From Candidatus Binatia bacterium (GTDB taxonomy: Bacteria > Desulfobacterota > Binatia > UBA9968 > CAXXLF01): 64,000 nucleotides of DNA. Each line of letters opens with the position of its first letter. Positions within the stretch are counted from its first letter, which is position 1. The DNA lies in the NCBI GenBank assembly GCA_963664015.2, contig CAXXLF010000002.1, positions 1,824,001 through 1,888,000 on the forward strand, in the 5' to 3' direction. Shown one piece after another: positions 60,646 through 64,000 of this stretch. A program made the translations under genes and the position numbers. Below the pieces are notes generated by a model. That model had not been told where the DNA came from. It saw nothing but the letters and a program-made list of their open reading frames with translations, and did no database searches.

Positions 60646-61275
60646 TCAAAATTTGGGCTTGCCACCTGTCTTATCAAATTGCTTGACCTTTTTTTTCATC
60701 TTTCCGATGAGCTCTGGAAAGGATTCTTTGGTAATTACCCTATTGAATTGTGACCGGTAGTTGTTAACGACACTGATGTTTTCTACTGAGACGTCGTAAA
60801 TTTTCCAGCTCTTCTCCGTGAGATGCAATTTGTAGATGACCGAAAACGCCTCTCCTTGCTTATTGACGATGTTCGAGCCTACTTTGGCATAACCCTGATC
60901 AATCGCCTCTCGAGTGTAGACTACCTTTTCGTCGTCGTAGGATTCGATCTTGTTGGCGTAGGTCTGTTCCAACAACTTAGTAAAAATAGTAACGAACTCT
61001 TCGCGTTCCTCCGGTGTGCGCTGACGCCAGTGTAGGCCGAGTGAACGGCGAGCCATCTCCGGGAAATCAAACACTGAATAGACTGCTTCCCTCAGCAGAC
61101 TCAGGCGTTCTCCCTTCCTGTGGTTTCCCCCTAGTTTGGGGTCGTTCAGGATCTGAATTGCCTTTTCAATCACATCACTTACTAGTTCCGTTGGCCCCTC
61201 GGCCTCGGACCGCAATGGGGTTAGTAGAACGAGAACCATCAACAAATAAATCCCGACTGTGATGCGAATCTTCAT
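60646..61275 (-). CDS. mlaC: MlaC/Ttg2D family phospholipid-binding protein
   Basis: FDFPEMARRSLG.HW...F..LL...Y, WKIYDV.VENIS.V.NYRSQF. Confidence 0.9.
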   Translation of the reverse strand: MKIRITVGIYLLMVLVLLTPLRSEAEGPTELVSDVIEKAIQILNDPKLGGNHRKGERLSLLREAVYSVFDFPEMARRSLGLHWRQRTPEEREEFVTIFTKLLEQTYANKIESYDDEKVVYTREAIDQGYAKVGSNIVNKQGEAFSVIYKLHLTEKSWKIYDVSVENISVVNNYRSQFNRVITKESFPELIGKMKKKVKQFDKTGGKPKF

Positions 61276-61460
61276 GTTGCCCTCGTCGAACGGCATCAAA
61301 TGTCAAACAATCCAACAGTTTGTAATGTCGTGAAAATGAACAGGTCCTTCGTTGCTCCGGCGTGACAGGTGCTACAAAACTCTAGAATACACCATTCGCC
61401 TTGCCTTGACCGTACGTGTTCTTGTAAATCGATTTTGAGCTTCAGTCAAGAGCCACCAAA

Positions 61461-61672
61461 CCGCAAAGGGCAGAGCGCCAGGCGCGGAAGTAAGACAGAT
61501 GGCAGTAAGCAGCAATGAGTTAAGAGACTCCGGACGACAGGACTACGAAGAGGCAATTAGTACTGAGTGGCGAGCGTTTAGTACTGAGTTATCAAAATCG
61601 AAAATAGAGGATCGAAGATAGAAAGATGGAAGGGGATACTTAACCGCAGATTCACACCAATGATCGCAGATT
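61461..61672. repeat. Stack of left arms of short-period repeats
   Basis: CCGCAAAGGGCAGAGCG, AAGTAAGACAGATGGCAGTAAGCAG, AGTACTGAGT twice, AAATAGAGGATCGAAGATAG, AACCGCAGAT. Confidence 0.65.
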
Positions 61673-61727
61673 GTGCTCTACCGAAGAGAAGAGAATCGCC
61701 CAAAACGGGGGGGGGTGGGTCTGTGCG

Positions 61728-61997
61728 CTACCGTTTTCTCTTTAGAGCGGTCCTTCGGACTCGCTTTCTTGCAGTCTTTACTGTCCTTGCAGCCTCTTTC
61801 CTGATGATTTCCGCATGCTTTCTGACATGACCCACCGCGCTCTTGGCTAGTCTCTCGAGTTTCCCGGCTGCCAACTTGAGTTTCTTTTCCAGTCCCGCCG
61901 CCCTTGCTGTCTTCTTCAGTTCCGCCTGCAAGCGTTTAGCTGTAACCTCGACTTGATTGACGAATTTGGAACTCTGACTCCTACGCTTTTGTGCCAT
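61728..61997 (-). CDS. Small highly basic Lys/Arg/Ala-rich protein
   Basis: 89 aa, RBS GGGAG, no aromatic core. Confidence 0.7.
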   Translation of the reverse strand: MAQKRRSQSSKFVNQVEVTAKRLQAELKKTARAAGLEKKLKLAAGKLERLAKSAVGHVRKHAEIIRKEAARTVKTARKRVRRTALKRKR

Positions 61998-62101
61998 ACG
62001 ATTTTCTCCCCAAGAAAATTTGTTTGTGAAAATCCATTCTCATTGTACGAACATACATAATTCTATAGAAGTTTTCTTTTAGGGGCAAGAAATTTAATTT
62101 A

Positions 62102-62440
62102 ACACTGAGTAAGATTAGCTGTTAGCGAGGCAGGAGAGAAAAACAGTACGCAATATCCAGGGAGCAGCATAGCGCAAGGCGCAGAGCGCTCAGCGACAGG
62201 AGGAAAACATTTAGAGCAATTCACGGCAGATTTGCGCTGATTAACGCGGAACATTTTCTGGCCAATCTGGCCAGAAATAAATGTTTCTCATCTGTAAAAT
62301 TCTATGTAAATCTCCAGTTAGGTTATTAAAGAGATTCTTGCCGGCGTCTATCTGCGGTTGTAAAAATTCTGAGCCGATGTCTGATAGCTAGAATCCGGAC
62401 TCTCTGCGCTATACTCTTTGCGGGCTGACAGCTGAAAGCC
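62102..62440. repeat. Stack of repeat arms, including right arms complementary to 61461-61672 and 60543
   Basis: ATCTGCGGTT(62350), TCTCTGCGCTATACTCTTTGCGG(62401), GGCTGACAGCT(62423). Confidence 0.65.
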
Positions 62441-62466
62441 GGGCGCCCATCCGTGGATGGAGGCTC

Positions 62467-62696
62467 AGTTGAGGAGGCTCCCGATGGTCAGCTCGCGGCA
62501 GATCTCCATGGCTTCCGACCGGTGCGGTCCGCAATCGGGGCATACCCTTTAGGGGGAAGGCCATCGAGGCCGAGTCGTTCATACCGCTCAACGGGAGTTG
62601 ACGGTACTGCTGGCCGCAGATTCCACATTGATAGGTTATGTCTATGGTCTCAGTCCTTGTTAGGGATACGTTAATCCTTGGAATAGGCTCAGGCAA
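62467..62696 (-). pseudogene. Small zinc-finger protein, frameshifted
   Basis: YQCGICGQ in one frame and VCPDCGPHRSEAMEICRELTIGSLLN* in another. Confidence 0.45.
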
Positions 62697-62835
62697 CTAG
62701 TATATTTACTAGTTTTAATAAAACTTTTACTGGCTCCCGGTGAAGAGGTTGTTAAGAGTCTAAATATAAAATAAAGAGGTTAGAGGCTCAAGACTTTACC
62801 TGAATAGATTTCGGGATTCAAGGGGGTGGCTCGTC

Positions 62836-63519
62836 GTGGATCCAAAAGAGGTGGTAATCCTCGTCGACGTAGATAACACGCTTCTCGACAATGACCGCGT
62901 CATCTCGGATTTGATGGACCATCTGGACCAGCAGGTGGGCCGTAGCTGTCACGAACGATACTGGGTCATCTTCGAGCAACTTCGTGAAGAACTCGGCTAT
63001 GCGGACTATCTGGGAGCGCTGCAGCGCTACCGGATAGAGTATCCCCGTGATCTCCGCATCATGGCGGTTTCATCCTTTCTCACCAATTATCCATTTTCCA
63101 ATCGCCTGTTTCCTAACTCCCTCGATGTGATCGATCGACTCAAGCAGTGGGGAACACCCGTCATCCTTTCCGATGGCGACGTCGTTTTCCAGTCTCGCAA
63201 GATCGAACGTTCCGGGTTGTTTGATGCCGTGGGGAAAAGGGTCCTGATCTACATCCACAAAGAACTCGAACTCGAAGACGTCGAACGCCGTTACCCGGCG
63301 AAGCGGTACCTCCTAGTGGATGACAAGCTACGAATTCTGGAAGCTGTCAAAAAGGTTTGGGGGGAACGGGTGACCACTGTCTTTACTCGCCAGGGTCACT
63401 ACGCACTGGATCCGCAAGTGATGACCGAGCATCCGCCGGCGGATCTGACGATTGATAAAATTGGTGGTCTACTGGCCTACGATCTGGAAACTCTTGTCGC
63501 TATGGGTCGGCGGAGCTAA
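62836..63519 (+). CDS. HAD-family hydrolase
   Basis: DVDNTLLDND motif I, LSDGD, K, VDDK motif IV. Confidence 0.9.
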   Translation: MDPKEVVILVDVDNTLLDNDRVISDLMDHLDQQVGRSCHERYWVIFEQLREELGYADYLGALQRYRIEYPRDLRIMAVSSFLTNYPFSNRLFPNSLDVIDRLKQWGTPVILSDGDVVFQSRKIERSGLFDAVGKRVLIYIHKELELEDVERRYPAKRYLLVDDKLRILEAVKKVWGERVTTVFTRQGHYALDPQVMTEHPPADLTIDKIGGLLAYDLETLVAMGRRS

Positions 63520-63896
63520 AGTGGCGGAGTGTCGGAACTCTTGGTTGTGAAGTCGATGCCCTTGAGGTCGTTTTCTAGAGCGGTCAAGATTTGACGTAGC
63601 CCATCGTTCCACCCCTGGACCAGGGATTCGGGAGAACCTTCCTTGAGGGGAACCTGCTCAGCGTACTCCTTGCGAAAGATGATCTTGCTGCGAGTAGACA
63701 GATCCTGGAGGAGAAAAAATTCCATTTCTAAAACTGTCCGAGGCGCCGCCCGCTCTATAATGAGTATGGCCTCACGCCAGATCTTGCCGGTAGTCTTGGA
63801 ATCAAGGCTCCCCTCAATGGTGAGAGTGAGGCCCCCTTCGGTGCTGGTGCCCGCACTGAGGCTCACCGGGGTTATGGTGTTGGATAGGGCTGTCAT
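63516..63896 (-). pseudogene. Deletion chimera: STAS-like N-terminus of an MlaE permease fused to a PqiC-like lipoprotein C-terminus
   Basis: LTLTIEGSLDSKTTGKIW (STAS-like) joined to VLEMEFFLL...IIFRKEY...P....PESLVQGWN.GL.QIL..LE.DL. Confidence 0.6.
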
Positions 63897-64000
63897 GAAT
63901 GTCGAAAGGACTCGTTTGTTTTGTCAGGAGCTCTTGGGGCCGTTCCGGACCTTCCTCTATCTATGATAAATCAGGAGCAACCTAAAAATCTATCTCTAAT

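Noticed and set aside
60349-62440. CRISPR array
   Set aside because: No constant-length identical repeats with spacers and no cas genes; the repeats are short-period and degenerate.

Overview
Bacterial chromosomal window. Gene content and the pilB...pilR-pilA order suggest a deltaproteobacteria-like lineage, possibly Binatia/Desulfobacterota_B; this is inference only. Housekeeping blocks are intact: grpE-dnaK-dnaJ-lon, recO-glyQS-ppdK, alr-purH-purD-purE-tsaC-DUF1015, nth, aat and tal-pgi. They alternate with accessory DNA that is visibly decaying through in-frame stops, frameshifts and deletion fusions. The accessory content includes a gutted type IV pilus locus with an intact sigma54-driven pilin and pilin-glycosylation-like genes bracketed by a 143-bp direct repeat; a TTT transporter; a rubrerythrin/Fe-S oxidoreductase/DUF3501/PerR operon; and a fragmented Lhr helicase. 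Two candidates stand out as possibly undescribed systems. (1) An intact three-gene operon pairs a short BoxB/PaaA-like diiron aryl-CoA epoxidase with a thioredoxin-like [2Fe-2S] ferredoxin and a stand-alone NuoF-like flavoprotein instead of BoxA/PaaE, under a PaaR-type operator. (2) Several intergenic regions hold nested ('Russian-doll') inverted arms of short-period repeats, one set of which brackets cargo genes. No rRNA, tRNA or CRISPR array was recognised. All homology calls come from motif recognition by eye, not database searches.
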